A DNA stretch of 64,000 nucleotides from NCBI GenBank assembly GCA_040414485.1, contig JBEDUK010000010.1, forward strand, positions 30,147-94,146. The letters run 5' to 3'. Positions 29,109-37,944 of this stretch are shown piece by piece. This stretch comes from Actinomycetota bacterium (GTDB lineage Bacteria > Actinomycetota > UBA4738). The notes beneath the pieces are model-generated. The model had not been told where the DNA came from. It saw only the letters and a program-made list of their open reading frames with translations, and did no database searches. Position numbers and translations under genes: made by a program. The first letter of the stretch is position 1, and every line of letters starts with the position of its first letter.

Positions 29109-31064
29109 ATGGCGAAGCAGCCGTTGGTTCGATTGACCCATCCCTGGGTCCGCGACACGAAGGGGTCCGAACTGCGCCCCGCGACGTGGGACCAGGCGCT
29201 CGACCGCGCAGCGGCCGGATTGAGCGCGGCCACCGAGCGGAACGGAGGCGACGGGGTCGGGATCTTCTCCTGCTCCAAGGCCACCAACGAGATGAACTTC
29301 GTCGCGCAGAAGTTCGCGCGTCAGGTGCTGGGTTCGAACAACATCGACAGCTGCAACCGCACCTGACACGCTCCCTCGGTGGTCGGTCTGGCCACCGCGT
29401 TCGGAGCCGGAGGCGGCACCAGTTCATACGAGGAGGTCGAGAACACCGACCTCATCATCCTGTGGGGGTCGAACGCGCGCGAGGCGCATCCGATCTTCTT
29501 CCACCATGTCCTGAAGGGGATCCGGAACGGCGCGCGGCTGTTCGTGGTGGATCCGCGACGCACCGTCAGCGCCGAATGGGCCGACCTGTGGCTGGGCATC
29601 GACGTCGGGACCGACATCGCGCTGTCGAACGCGATCGCCCGCGAGATAATCGTCAATCAGCTTTACCATCAGCCGTTCGTCGAGCTCGCCACGACCGGGT
29701 TCGACGAATACCGCGACTCGGTCATGGACTGGACGCTCGAGCGCGGCGCACAGGAGACCGGCGTGCCGGCGGACGTGATCCGGGAGGTCGCCCACGCCTA
29801 CGCGAAGGCCGACCGCGCCATGATCTGCTGGACGCTCGGGATCACCGAGCACCACAACGCGGTCGACAACGTCCTGGCGCTGATCAACCTGGGACTGCTG
29901 ACCGGACACGTCGGCACCTACGGCAGCGGGCTCAATCCGCTGCGCGGTCAGAACAACGTCCAGGGCGGCGGCGACATGGGCGCCATCCCGAACAAGCTCC
30001 CGGGGTTCCAGGACATCGAAACCGACGCCGACGCCCGCGCGCGGTTCGAGGAAGCCTGGGGAACGCCGATCGTTCCGAAGTCCGGCTGGCACCTGAGCCA
30101 GATGTTCGAGGCCATGGACCGCGGCGACCTCACAGCGCTGTACGTGATCGGCGAGAATCCGGCCACGTCAGAGGCGGATGCGCAGCACGCGCGGCACCTG
30201 CTGGAGACCCGAGACACGCTGATCGTCCAGGACATCTTCATGACGCAGACGGCGCAACTGGCCGACGTGGTGCTGCCGGCGGCGAACAGCTCGTTCGAAT
30301 CCGACGGCACGGTGACGAACAGCGAGCGCCGCACCCAACGCGTGCGCAAGGCGCTCGATCCGCCGGGCGAGGCGCGGGACGACATCTGGATCCTCGCCCA
30401 GCTCGCGAAGCGGCTGGGCTTCGACTGGGGCGACCCCACCGCCGAAGAGGCCTGGGACGAATGCCGTTCGCTCTCCCCCATGCACCGCGGCATGTCGTGG
30501 GCGCGCCTGGAGGAGTTGGGCGGAATCCAGTGGCCCTGCCCCGACGAGTCGCACCCGGGAACGCAGTTCCTCCACGCCCGGCTGTGGGCGGAGGATCCGG
30601 CCGAACAGGGCCCGAAGGCGCCGCTCAGCGTCGTGATCCACGATCCGCCCGTCGACCTGTTGAGCGAGGAGTTTCCAATCCGCCTCACGACGGGCCGACG
30701 GCTGGATTCGTACAACACGGGCGTGCAGAGCGGCATGTACTCCTCGCCGCTGCGGCGCGACGAGGCGATCGAGGTGTCGCCCGAGGACGCGGCGCGCCTC
30801 GGTCTGAGCGAAGGCGAATGCGTGCTGGTGTCGTCGCGCCGGGCGGCGGTCGAGGCGCCGGTCCACGTCGCGGAGACCCTCCGGCCCGGACTGGCGTTCA
30901 TGACGCTGCACTTTCCGGACCAGGTGGACACGAACGCGCTGACGATCGACGCCACCGACCCGAAGTCCGGCACGGCGGAGTTCAAGGCGACGGCGGTGCG
31001 GATCGACAAGCTGCCGTCGAAGGACGCAGAGCTGATCTCACAGGGCGAGGGATCGCACCGCTGA
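29109..31064 (+). CDS. fdhA: formate dehydrogenase catalytic (molybdopterin) subunit, FdhF-like, with an in-frame TGA at 29364-29366 read as selenocysteine; lacks the N-terminal Fe-S domains
   Basis: The two track ORFs 29091..29366 and 29379..31064 are in the same frame and separated only by TGA. The translation ...NNIDSCNRT-U-HAPSVVGL aligns with E. coli FdhF ...NNVDCCARV-U-HGPSVAGL. Downstream it matches NPLRGQNNVQGGGDMGAIP. ATG at 29109 with a GGGGAGG RBS. Confidence 0.8.
29367..29405 (+). other. putative bacterial SECIS element (hairpin CGGUGG-UCGGUCUGG-CCACCG)
   Basis: The stem begins 10 nt after the UGA. The apical loop contains GGUCUG, as in the E. coli fdhF SECIS loop. Confidence 0.45.
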
Positions 31065-31074
31065 TGGAGGCGAC

Positions 31075-32961
31075 GTGGACCTCCATCTGACGGATGCGAC
31101 CGCGACCGACGAGGAGCGGGCCGCGGTCGACGCCGTGCTCGGGCCGCCCGCCACCGGCTGGGTGGGGGGCGACCGCCTGCACGGCGACACGCACCGCGTC
31201 GCGCGTGGCGGCAGGGCCGCCCGCGACCAGCGGCACCTCCTGCTGCCCGTGCTGCACTCGGTGCAGGGCCGCGTGGGCTGGGTCAGCCCGGGCGCGCTGA
31301 ACTACGTCTCGCAGCGGTTGAGCGTGCCTCCCGCGGAGGCCTATGGCGTCGCGTCGTTTTACGCGATGTTCTCGACCAAGCCCCGAGCACGGGCGGTTCT
31401 GCACGCGTGCGACGACATCGCCTGCCGGATCAACGGGGCCGAGCAGGTCATCGCACGGCTCCGCGACGCGTTCGGTCCGGAAGGCGAGCCGGACGCGACG
31501 GGCAACCGGACCTGGCTGCGGAGCCCCTGCCTCGGCGTGTGCGAGGCCGCCCCGGCCGTCCTGTTGCAGCAAGCCTCCGATCGACCGTTCGAACTGACCA
31601 TCGCGCCGGCGTCGAACGGCAACCTCGAGCCGTTCGTGTCGACCGGACCGGGCACATGGACGGGGGTCGGCTCGGACGCTTCGGCCGCGCCGCAGACGCA
31701 GGACGCGACCGCCCGAGTGTCGCTTCGACTGCTCCGGCGGATCGGGCTCGTCGATCCGACGTCGCTGGACTCGTACCGGGCTCACGGCGGGTACGAAGCG
31801 CTTCGCGAGGCGGTCCGGCTCGGCCCAGGCGGCGTGATCCGCGAGGTCAAGGACGCGAAGCTGCTCGGCCGGGGCGGCGCCGCGTTTCCCACCGGGGTGA
31901 AGTGGGAGGCCGTCGCCCAGCAACCGGTCAGGCCGCATTACCTCGTCTGCAACGCCGACGAATCGGAGCCCGGTACGTTCAAGGACCGTGTCGTGATGGA
32001 GAACGATCCGTTCGCCCTGATCGAGGCGATGACCATCGCCGGCTACGCGACCGGCTCGGAGCACGGATACATCTACATCCGCGGCGAGTACCCGCAGGCG
32101 CACGCGTTCCTGGCCTCCGCGATCGAGCAGGCCCGCCGGCACGGGTTCCTGGGCGACGACGTGATGGGCCAGGGATTCGCATTCGACATCGAACTGCGGC
32201 GCGGCGCCGGCGCCTACATCTGCGGCGAGGAGACGGCGCTGTTCAACTCGATCGAGGGCAAGCGAGGCGAGCCCAGGAACAAGCCGCCGTTCCCGGTCAC
32301 GCATGGCCTGTTCGGCAAACCGACCGGGATCAACAACGTGGAAACGCTGATCAACGTGCTCGAGATCATGCGGATCGGCGGCCCCGCATATGCGGCCATC
32401 GGCACCCCGGACTCGACCGGGCCCCGGCTCTTCTGTCTGTCCGGCTGCGTCGCACGCCCGGGGCTGTACGAGGTGGAATTCGGTGCGACCCTGGGCGACG
32501 TGCTGTCGCTGGCGGGCGGGATCCGGGACGGCAAGCGGCTGCAGGCGATCCTGTTGGGCGGCGCCGCCGGCGCCTTCGTCGGCCCGGACGCGATGGACCT
32601 CCCGCTCACGTTCGAGGCGACGCGCGCGGCGGGCGTCACGCTCGGGTCGGGCGTCGTCATGGCGTTCGACGAAACGGTCAACCTGCCTGACATTCTCGTC
32701 CGAGTCGCGCAGTTCTTCCGGGACGAATCGTGCGGCCAGTGCGTCCCGTGCCGGGTGGGAACGGTTCGCCAGGAGGAGCTCCTGGCCAGACTGGCGGCCG
32801 GCGCGCCCCGTGGCTCGCGCGACGACGAGATCGCCCTTCTGAACGACATCGCCCAGGCCATGCGGGACGCGTCCATCTGCGGGCTCGGGCAGACCGCCTC
32901 CGGCGCGATCCAATCGGCGATCCGGGCGTTCGATCTCTTCGCCGTGGAGGCAGGGTCATGA
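31075..32961 (+). CDS. fused NuoE-like (2Fe-2S) / NuoF-like (FMN, NAD, 4Fe-4S) diaphorase subunit of NAD-dependent formate dehydrogenase (FdsG-FdsB fusion)
   Basis: The N-terminal part is thioredoxin-like 2Fe-2S (CDDIACRINGA ... CLGVCEAAP). The C-terminal part is NuoF-like (GRGGAAFPTGVKWE, YLVCNADESEPGTF, ESCGQCVPCRVG). GTG start with a GGAGG RBS. Confidence 0.85.
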   Translation: MDLHLTDATATDEERAAVDAVLGPPATGWVGGDRLHGDTHRVARGGRAARDQRHLLLPVLHSVQGRVGWVSPGALNYVSQRLSVPPAEAYGVASFYAMFSTKPRARAVLHACDDIACRINGAEQVIARLRDAFGPEGEPDATGNRTWLRSPCLGVCEAAPAVLLQQASDRPFELTIAPASNGNLEPFVSTGPGTWTGVGSDASAAPQTQDATARVSLRLLRRIGLVDPTSLDSYRAHGGYEALREAVRLGPGGVIREVKDAKLLGRGGAAFPTGVKWEAVAQQPVRPHYLVCNADESEPGTFKDRVVMENDPFALIEAMTIAGYATGSEHGYIYIRGEYPQAHAFLASAIEQARRHGFLGDDVMGQGFAFDIELRRGAGAYICGEETALFNSIEGKRGEPRNKPPFPVTHGLFGKPTGINNVETLINVLEIMRIGGPAYAAIGTPDSTGPRLFCLSGCVARPGLYEVEFGATLGDVLSLAGGIRDGKRLQAILLGGAAGAFVGPDAMDLPLTFEATRAAGVTLGSGVVMAFDETVNLPDILVRVAQFFRDESCGQCVPCRVGTVRQEELLARLAAGAPRGSRDDEIALLNDIAQAMRDASICGLGQTASGAIQSAIRAFDLFAVEAGS

Positions 32962-33947
32962 GCGCGGTCCCGCTGGCTCCGCCGATGCGGCTGATCGACC
33001 TCACGATCGACGGCGAGGCCGTCCGGGTCCCCGAGGGCGCGACGCTGCTGCAGGCGTGCCGCGCGCAGGGCATCGACACGCCGACGCTCTGCTACCTGGA
33101 GAGCCTCACGCCGGTGAACGTGTGCCGCGTCTGCGTCGTGGAGGTCGAGGGCTCGCGAACGCTCGTGCCCGCCTGTTCGCGGAAAGCCGAGCCCGGCATG
33201 GTCGTGCACACCGACAGCGAGCGCGTGCGCCTGTCCAGGCGCGTCGTCCTTGAGTTCCTCGGATCCTCGGTCGATCTCTCACTGGCCGGCCCGACCGTGC
33301 CGGACGGCGATCTGGCCAGGTACGCGGCCGCGTACGGCGCCGAACCGTCCCGGTACGGGACGCCGAACGGCCACGCGGAACACCCGGACCGCGACCACGC
33401 CGGGCCGGGCCACCATTACGCGCCGCGTGCCGTCGAAACGGCGACGGTCGCCCAGCCGGTCAAGGTCGACAACGACCTGTACGTGCGCGACTACGCCAAG
33501 TGCGTGCTCTGCTACAAGTGCGTGGAGGCATGCGGGACCGACGCGCAGAACACCTTCGCCATCGCGGTCGCGGGCCGCGGCTTCGACGCGCGGATCTCCA
33601 CCGAGTACGCCGTGTCCCTGCCCGACAGCGCTTGCGTCTACTGCGGGAACTGCATCGGCGTGTGTCCGACCGGCGCGCTGATGTTCAAGTCCGAACACGA
33701 CATGCGCGCGGACGGCACGTGGGATGAGGACGAACAGACCGTCACCACCACGATCTGCCCGTACTGCGGGGTCGGGTGCAACCTCGAGGTCCACGTGCAG
33801 AACAACTCGATCGTGAAGGTCACGAGCCCCATGGACCACAGCGTGACCAGCGGGCACCTCTGCATCAAGGGCCGCTTCGGCTTCCAGTACGTGCAGAGCC
33901 GCCGCGGCCCGGACGCGGTCGCCTCCGAGGACGGCGGCTCAACCTAG
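32958..33947 (+). CDS. formate dehydrogenase alpha-subunit N-terminal Fe-S module (2Fe-2S + 4Fe-4S ferredoxin domains + MopB N-terminal 4Fe-4S domain), encoded as a separate gene
   Basis: NuoG-like N-terminus (CYLESLTPVNVCRVCVVEV). Two 4Fe-4S ferredoxin motifs (CVLCYKCVEAC, CVYCGNCIGVCP). It then ends with CPYCGVGCNLEVHVQNNSIVKVTSP...CIKGRFGFQY, which aligns with FdhF residues ~8-60. Its start ATGA-overlaps the previous gene. Confidence 0.8.
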   Translation: MSAVPLAPPMRLIDLTIDGEAVRVPEGATLLQACRAQGIDTPTLCYLESLTPVNVCRVCVVEVEGSRTLVPACSRKAEPGMVVHTDSERVRLSRRVVLEFLGSSVDLSLAGPTVPDGDLARYAAAYGAEPSRYGTPNGHAEHPDRDHAGPGHHYAPRAVETATVAQPVKVDNDLYVRDYAKCVLCYKCVEACGTDAQNTFAIAVAGRGFDARISTEYAVSLPDSACVYCGNCIGVCPTGALMFKSEHDMRADGTWDEDEQTVTTTICPYCGVGCNLEVHVQNNSIVKVTSPMDHSVTSGHLCIKGRFGFQYVQSRRGPDAVASEDGGST

Positions 33948-34936
33948 GAACGCTCCGCGGCTCGAAGGGTCTCCTGCGCCCCCAGCAGGAGCAGCATGTC
34001 TCCCGGATGCAGCTGCTGATCCGCCTGCGGATTCGGCTGAACCTGACCGTCGGCGTGCCGTATGGCGAGCACCGAGGCCGCGCCGACCACATCGCTGATG
34101 CGCTGGCCGACCATCGCGGAGTCGTGTTCGACCACGACCTCGTCGAGCCGGAGCGGATTCGGACCGGCCCGCCCGACCTCCAGATAGTCGACCACCCGGG
34201 GGCGCAGCGAGAGCATCGCCATGTGCCGCCCGCTGGAGACGAAGGGGGAAACGACGCGGTCGGCGCCGGCCCGCAGCAGGCGGTCGGGCGAGTCGGGCTC
34301 TGAGGCGCGCGCCACGATGAACAGCCCCGGGTTGATCGAGCGCGCGATGAGGGCGATGTAGACGTTCGTCGCGTCGGAGTCAACGGCGCACGCAAGGAAC
34401 CGCGCGCGTTCGACTCCGGCCGAACGGAGCACCGCCTCGTCGGCGGCCTCCCCGATCACATAGCTGGCGCCGTCCCGCTCGAGCTGCTCCGCGTGCTCCT
34501 CCTTCGCCTCGATCACCACGAACGGCACGCCCTCGTCCTGGTAGGTCCGCGCGATCGCGCGTCCCACGCGGCCGTACGCGCACACGATCGCGTGGTTCGA
34601 CATCCGGTCGATCTGGTGCTGCATCCTCGTCCTCCTCGCGCGTTCCGCGCCGCCGCCCTCGGCCACCCACCCGGCCACGACCGACACCGTGACCAGGACC
34701 AGGCCGACGCCGAACACGATCAGGCTGATGGCGAACACCATGCCGCCGGCGTCGAGCGGGTGGACCTCCCGGAATCCCACCGTCGTGAGCGTGGTCACGG
34801 TCATGTAGACCGAATCCAGCACCGACCAGTGCTCGATCAGCGCGAAGCCGGCGATACCGTACGCGGCCACCGCGAACAGCAGCACCGCCGGCCATCGGAG
34901 CCGGCGCCAGAGCGAGGGGTGGTGGACGTCCGCCAT
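33944..34936 (-). CDS. potassium channel protein (2TM pore + TrkA-N/TrkA-C RCK domains)
   Basis: Selectivity filter TVGFRE-like (TTLTTVGFREV) and an RCK domain (AIVCAYGRVGRAIARTY). Start chosen at MADVHHPSLW. Confidence 0.75.
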   Translation of the reverse strand: MADVHHPSLWRRLRWPAVLLFAVAAYGIAGFALIEHWSVLDSVYMTVTTLTTVGFREVHPLDAGGMVFAISLIVFGVGLVLVTVSVVAGWVAEGGGAERARRTRMQHQIDRMSNHAIVCAYGRVGRAIARTYQDEGVPFVVIEAKEEHAEQLERDGASYVIGEAADEAVLRSAGVERARFLACAVDSDATNVYIALIARSINPGLFIVARASEPDSPDRLLRAGADRVVSPFVSSGRHMAMLSLRPRVVDYLEVGRAGPNPLRLDEVVVEHDSAMVGQRISDVVGAASVLAIRHADGQVQPNPQADQQLHPGDMLLLLGAQETLRAAERS

Positions 34937-35056
34937 GGTGGCGAGCAGCGTATTCGAATGAGCGCCGGCGAACCGAACCCCCCCATGCACGAGGCCCCGG
35001 GAATGGCTCCCGGGGCCTCGCTTGCGGTCCACGTTCGCGGACGCCGTCCGCGGCGA

Positions 35057-35632
35057 CTACGCCTCCAGGGCGTTCTTCCGCTTGATCGCGGAGACGTTCA
35101 GCTCGATCTTGAGCTCGTCGCCGACCAGGACGCCACCGGCTTCGAGCATCGCGTTCCAGTTCACTCCCCAGTCCCTGCGGTTGATCCTGGTGGTCGCGAC
35201 GACTCCGGCCCGCGTGTTGCCCCACGGGTCCGGGCCGATGCCCTCGAAAGACATGTCCAGGGCCACCTCACGAGTGACCCCGCGCATGCTGAGGTCGCCC
35301 CACACCTTGTAGTCGCGGTCCCCGATCTGCTCGATGTGCGTCGAACGGAACGTGATCGTCGGGTGCTGCTCGACGTGCAGGAAGTCCTCGGACTTCAGGT
35401 GCCCGTCGCGCGTCTCGTTGCGGGTGTCGATGCTGCTTGCGTCGATCTCGACCTCGACGCGCGAGTCCTCGAGCGACTCGCCCACCGTGATCGCGCCGTT
35501 GAATCCGGTGAACCGGCCGCGGACCGAGGTCAGCATGGCGTACCGGGCCACGGCCTCGACCGTGGTGTGGTTCGGATCGATGTCCCACGTCCCCACCAGT
35601 TCGGGGGCGATCGTCTTCGTCGCCGTCGTCAT
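35057..35632 (-). CDS. YceI-family periplasmic polyisoprenoid-binding protein
   Basis: WDIDPNHTTVEAVARYAMLTSVRGRFTGF... is the YceI signature. Confidence 0.8.
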   Translation of the reverse strand: MTTATKTIAPELVGTWDIDPNHTTVEAVARYAMLTSVRGRFTGFNGAITVGESLEDSRVEVEIDASSIDTRNETRDGHLKSEDFLHVEQHPTITFRSTHIEQIGDRDYKVWGDLSMRGVTREVALDMSFEGIGPDPWGNTRAGVVATTRINRRDWGVNWNAMLEAGGVLVGDELKIELNVSAIKRKNALEA

Positions 35633-35715
35633 GCGGTGCTCCTTTCTCCGCGCTTCCTGCCCTCGGCCTCGTTTTCGGCCGCTACGATCCGGAAGAACGC
35701 GGGTGCCGTGGCGGT

Positions 35716-35748
35716 TATTCCTATACGAAATATTCTTGTACGAAGGAC
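35716..35748. promoter_or_regulatory. AT-rich imperfect palindrome (TTCCTATACGAAATATTCTTGTACGAAGGA) in the yceI/marR divergent region; candidate MarR operator
   Basis: A locally AT-rich 30-mer in a ~70% GC context, immediately upstream of the MarR gene. Confidence 0.25.
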
Positions 35749-35754
35749 AGCGCC

Positions 35755-36318
35755 ATGCAAGGGGGACGGACGTCGATGACGGAGCCAGCGACCACGCGAA
35801 CGGATGCGCCGGCACTGGCCGGCGCGCGTGCCTCCGCCTGCGAGGCGGCGGGCGCCCGGTTCCACGAGCTCATGGGCGCATCCGGCCGCGACGTGGACGC
35901 GAGCCTCCCGGTCATCGCGCTCATCCGCGCAGAGGGCCGGATGGCCCGCGCGTTCGAGCGTGCGCTCGCGTCGACCGGCGTGACCGAGGTCCAGTTCAAC
36001 GTCCTCATGGAGCTCGCGGCGAACGAGGGCAGGCTCGCGCTGTGCGCCCTCGCCCAGCGCCTGCTGAAGTCGCCGGCGAACGTCAGCGCGCTGGTCGACC
36101 GCATGGAGCGGGACGGATACGTCCGGCGCGTGCGGGGCGAGCGCGACCGCCGCACCGTGCTGGCGGAGCTCACCGAGGACGGCTGGCGTGCCCTCGGCCG
36201 CTCGGCCCCGGCCGTGTTCGAAACCGAGCAGCAGGTCCTGGCGGGGATGTCGCAATCGGACCGCGCACGATTGGCGTCTCTCCTGGACCGGATCGTTCGC
36301 GACGACGACAACGCATGA
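35755..36318 (+). CDS. MarR-family transcriptional regulator
   Basis: Winged-helix MarR core (VTEVQFNVLMELAANEGRLALCALAQRLLKSPANVSALVDRMERDGYVRRVRGERDRRTV). An alternative ATG at 35776 may be the true start. Confidence 0.8.
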   Translation: MQGGRTSMTEPATTRTDAPALAGARASACEAAGARFHELMGASGRDVDASLPVIALIRAEGRMARAFERALASTGVTEVQFNVLMELAANEGRLALCALAQRLLKSPANVSALVDRMERDGYVRRVRGERDRRTVLAELTEDGWRALGRSAPAVFETEQQVLAGMSQSDRARLASLLDRIVRDDDNA

Positions 36319-36465
36319 TCGCCGGCTGACCGATTCATTTCCGCATCCTCCTCGCCACTTCCGGGCGCACGAACGGCGTGAAGTGGCATCGGGACTCCAC
36401 CGCAAGCTGAAGCGATCTCCCCATAACCTCTACCCCGCCCACAGAAGGCCGAACGTTCGACCCGG

Positions 36466-37497
36466 ATGAGAGGGCAAGGGAGCGCGATGGACGGCGTCTG
36501 GTTCCTGGTGGCGGCCGCGGTGAGCCTGGCCACGAGCTGGGTGCTGGTCACACGACTCGAACGCATCGGCGAGGCGGCCGGCCTCGCCGAAGGCCTCCTC
36601 GGGCTCCTCGCGGCGCTGGCGGCGGACGTCCCCGAGATCACCTCGGCCTTCACCGCGCTCGCTCACCACGAGCACGCCGTGGGCGCCGGCGTGGTCATCG
36701 GATCGAACGTCTTCAACCTCGCCGCCCTCATCGGCCTCGGGGCGGTGGTCGCCGGGCTGGTCCGGCTGCATCGGCGCGTGGTCGTGCTCGGTGGGCTCTT
36801 CGCCATGCCGATCGCGATCGTGTGCCTCCTGGCGGTGGTCGGGGTCCTCGGAGCCGTCCCGGCGTTCATCCTCTCGGCCGTCATGCTCGCGGTGTACGCG
36901 ATGGTCCTGGCCGAGGGTCGAGGACGGCCGGGGCGCCTGGGGCGGCTCGCCGTGCCCGGTTGGCTGGACGGCTCGATCCGTACGGCGGTGGCGGAGGAGG
37001 AGCAGGAGCTGCTCGAAGCGATCCATCCCAGGCGTGGGACGGTCGTGGACGGAGTGGTCGCGGCGGTCGCCCTGCTGGTCGTGCTGGCGGCGAGCGTCGC
37101 CATGGAGCGGTCCGCGTCGGCGTTCGGCGCGGCGCACGGATGGTCCGAGATCGTGATCGGCGGCCTCGTCCTCGCGGCCGCCACGAGCCTGCCGAACGCG
37201 GTGGCGGGCGTCTACCTGGCGTCGAAGGGGCGCGGCGCGGCGGCGCTCAGCACGACCTTGAACAGCAACAGCATCAACGTGACGATCGGGCTCCTCCTGC
37301 CCGCCATGTTCCTCGGGCTGGGTGCCACGTCGACCGCCGCGGCGCTCACGACGGCCTGGTACGTGGGCTTGACGATCCTGGTGCTCGCGGCCGCCTACGT
37401 GCGGCGCGGGATCGGGCGTCCGATCGGCCTGGTGATCGTCGGCACCTACGCGGCCTTCGTCGCGGTGCTGCTCGGCGCCGGCCCCTCAGTGAGGTGA
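36466..37497 (+). CDS. CaCA-family sodium/calcium exchanger membrane protein
   Basis: Two alpha-repeat regions (GSNVFNLAALIG ... SLPNAVAGVYLASKG) and about 10 TM helices. True start possibly at 36487. Confidence 0.75.
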   Translation: MRGQGSAMDGVWFLVAAAVSLATSWVLVTRLERIGEAAGLAEGLLGLLAALAADVPEITSAFTALAHHEHAVGAGVVIGSNVFNLAALIGLGAVVAGLVRLHRRVVVLGGLFAMPIAIVCLLAVVGVLGAVPAFILSAVMLAVYAMVLAEGRGRPGRLGRLAVPGWLDGSIRTAVAEEEQELLEAIHPRRGTVVDGVVAAVALLVVLAASVAMERSASAFGAAHGWSEIVIGGLVLAAATSLPNAVAGVYLASKGRGAAALSTTLNSNSINVTIGLLLPAMFLGLGATSTAAALTTAWYVGLTILVLAAAYVRRGIGRPIGLVIVGTYAAFVAVLLGAGPSVR

Positions 37498-37944
37498 TTC
37501 GCCGGACGCGACGGCTTTGTCGGCGTCAGCGGTCAGCGCATCCTGCAGGACGTCCCACGCGAGCACCGCGCACTTGATCCGAACCGGGTACTTGACCACG
37601 CCCTTCAGCGCGGCCAGGTCACCCATGGATTCCTCGTCCGGTTCGGCGGCGCCCTCCATGAACGAGCGGAACTCCGACGCCAGGCCGAGCGCCCGGTCCA
37701 CGGGCTGGCCGGCCACCGCTTCGGTCATCATGGACGCGCTCGCCTGACTGATCGAACATCCGGAACCCTCGAACGCGACCCCTTCCAGCACGCCGTCCCG
37801 CACCTGCGCGTGGACCGTGATCTCGTCCCCGCACAGCGGGTTGTTCTTCGAACAGCTGAACTCGGCCCCCGGCAGGTCTCGCTTGTTCCGGGGGTTCTTG
37901 TAGTGGTCGAGGATGACCTCCTTGTACAGCTCCTCAAGCGCCAA
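37486..37944 (-). CDS. sufU: SUF system Fe-S scaffold protein SufU (NifU/IscU-like)
   Basis: NPLCGDEITVH ... GSGCSISQASASMM is the SufU signature. Confidence 0.85.
   Translation of the reverse strand: MALEELYKEVILDHYKNPRNKRDLPGAEFSCSKNNPLCGDEITVHAQVRDGVLEGVAFEGSGCSISQASASMMTEAVAGQPVDRALGLASEFRSFMEGAAEPDEESMGDLAALKGVVKYPVRIKCAVLAWDVLQDALTADADKAVASGESPH

Noticed and set aside
29364-29366. TGA in fdhA read as an authentic stop (pseudogene or two-gene split)
   Set aside because: It aligns exactly to the FdhF Sec position, the downstream frame continues the same protein, and an FdhF-like SECIS hairpin follows. Sec recoding is favoured, but it remains testable (see findings).
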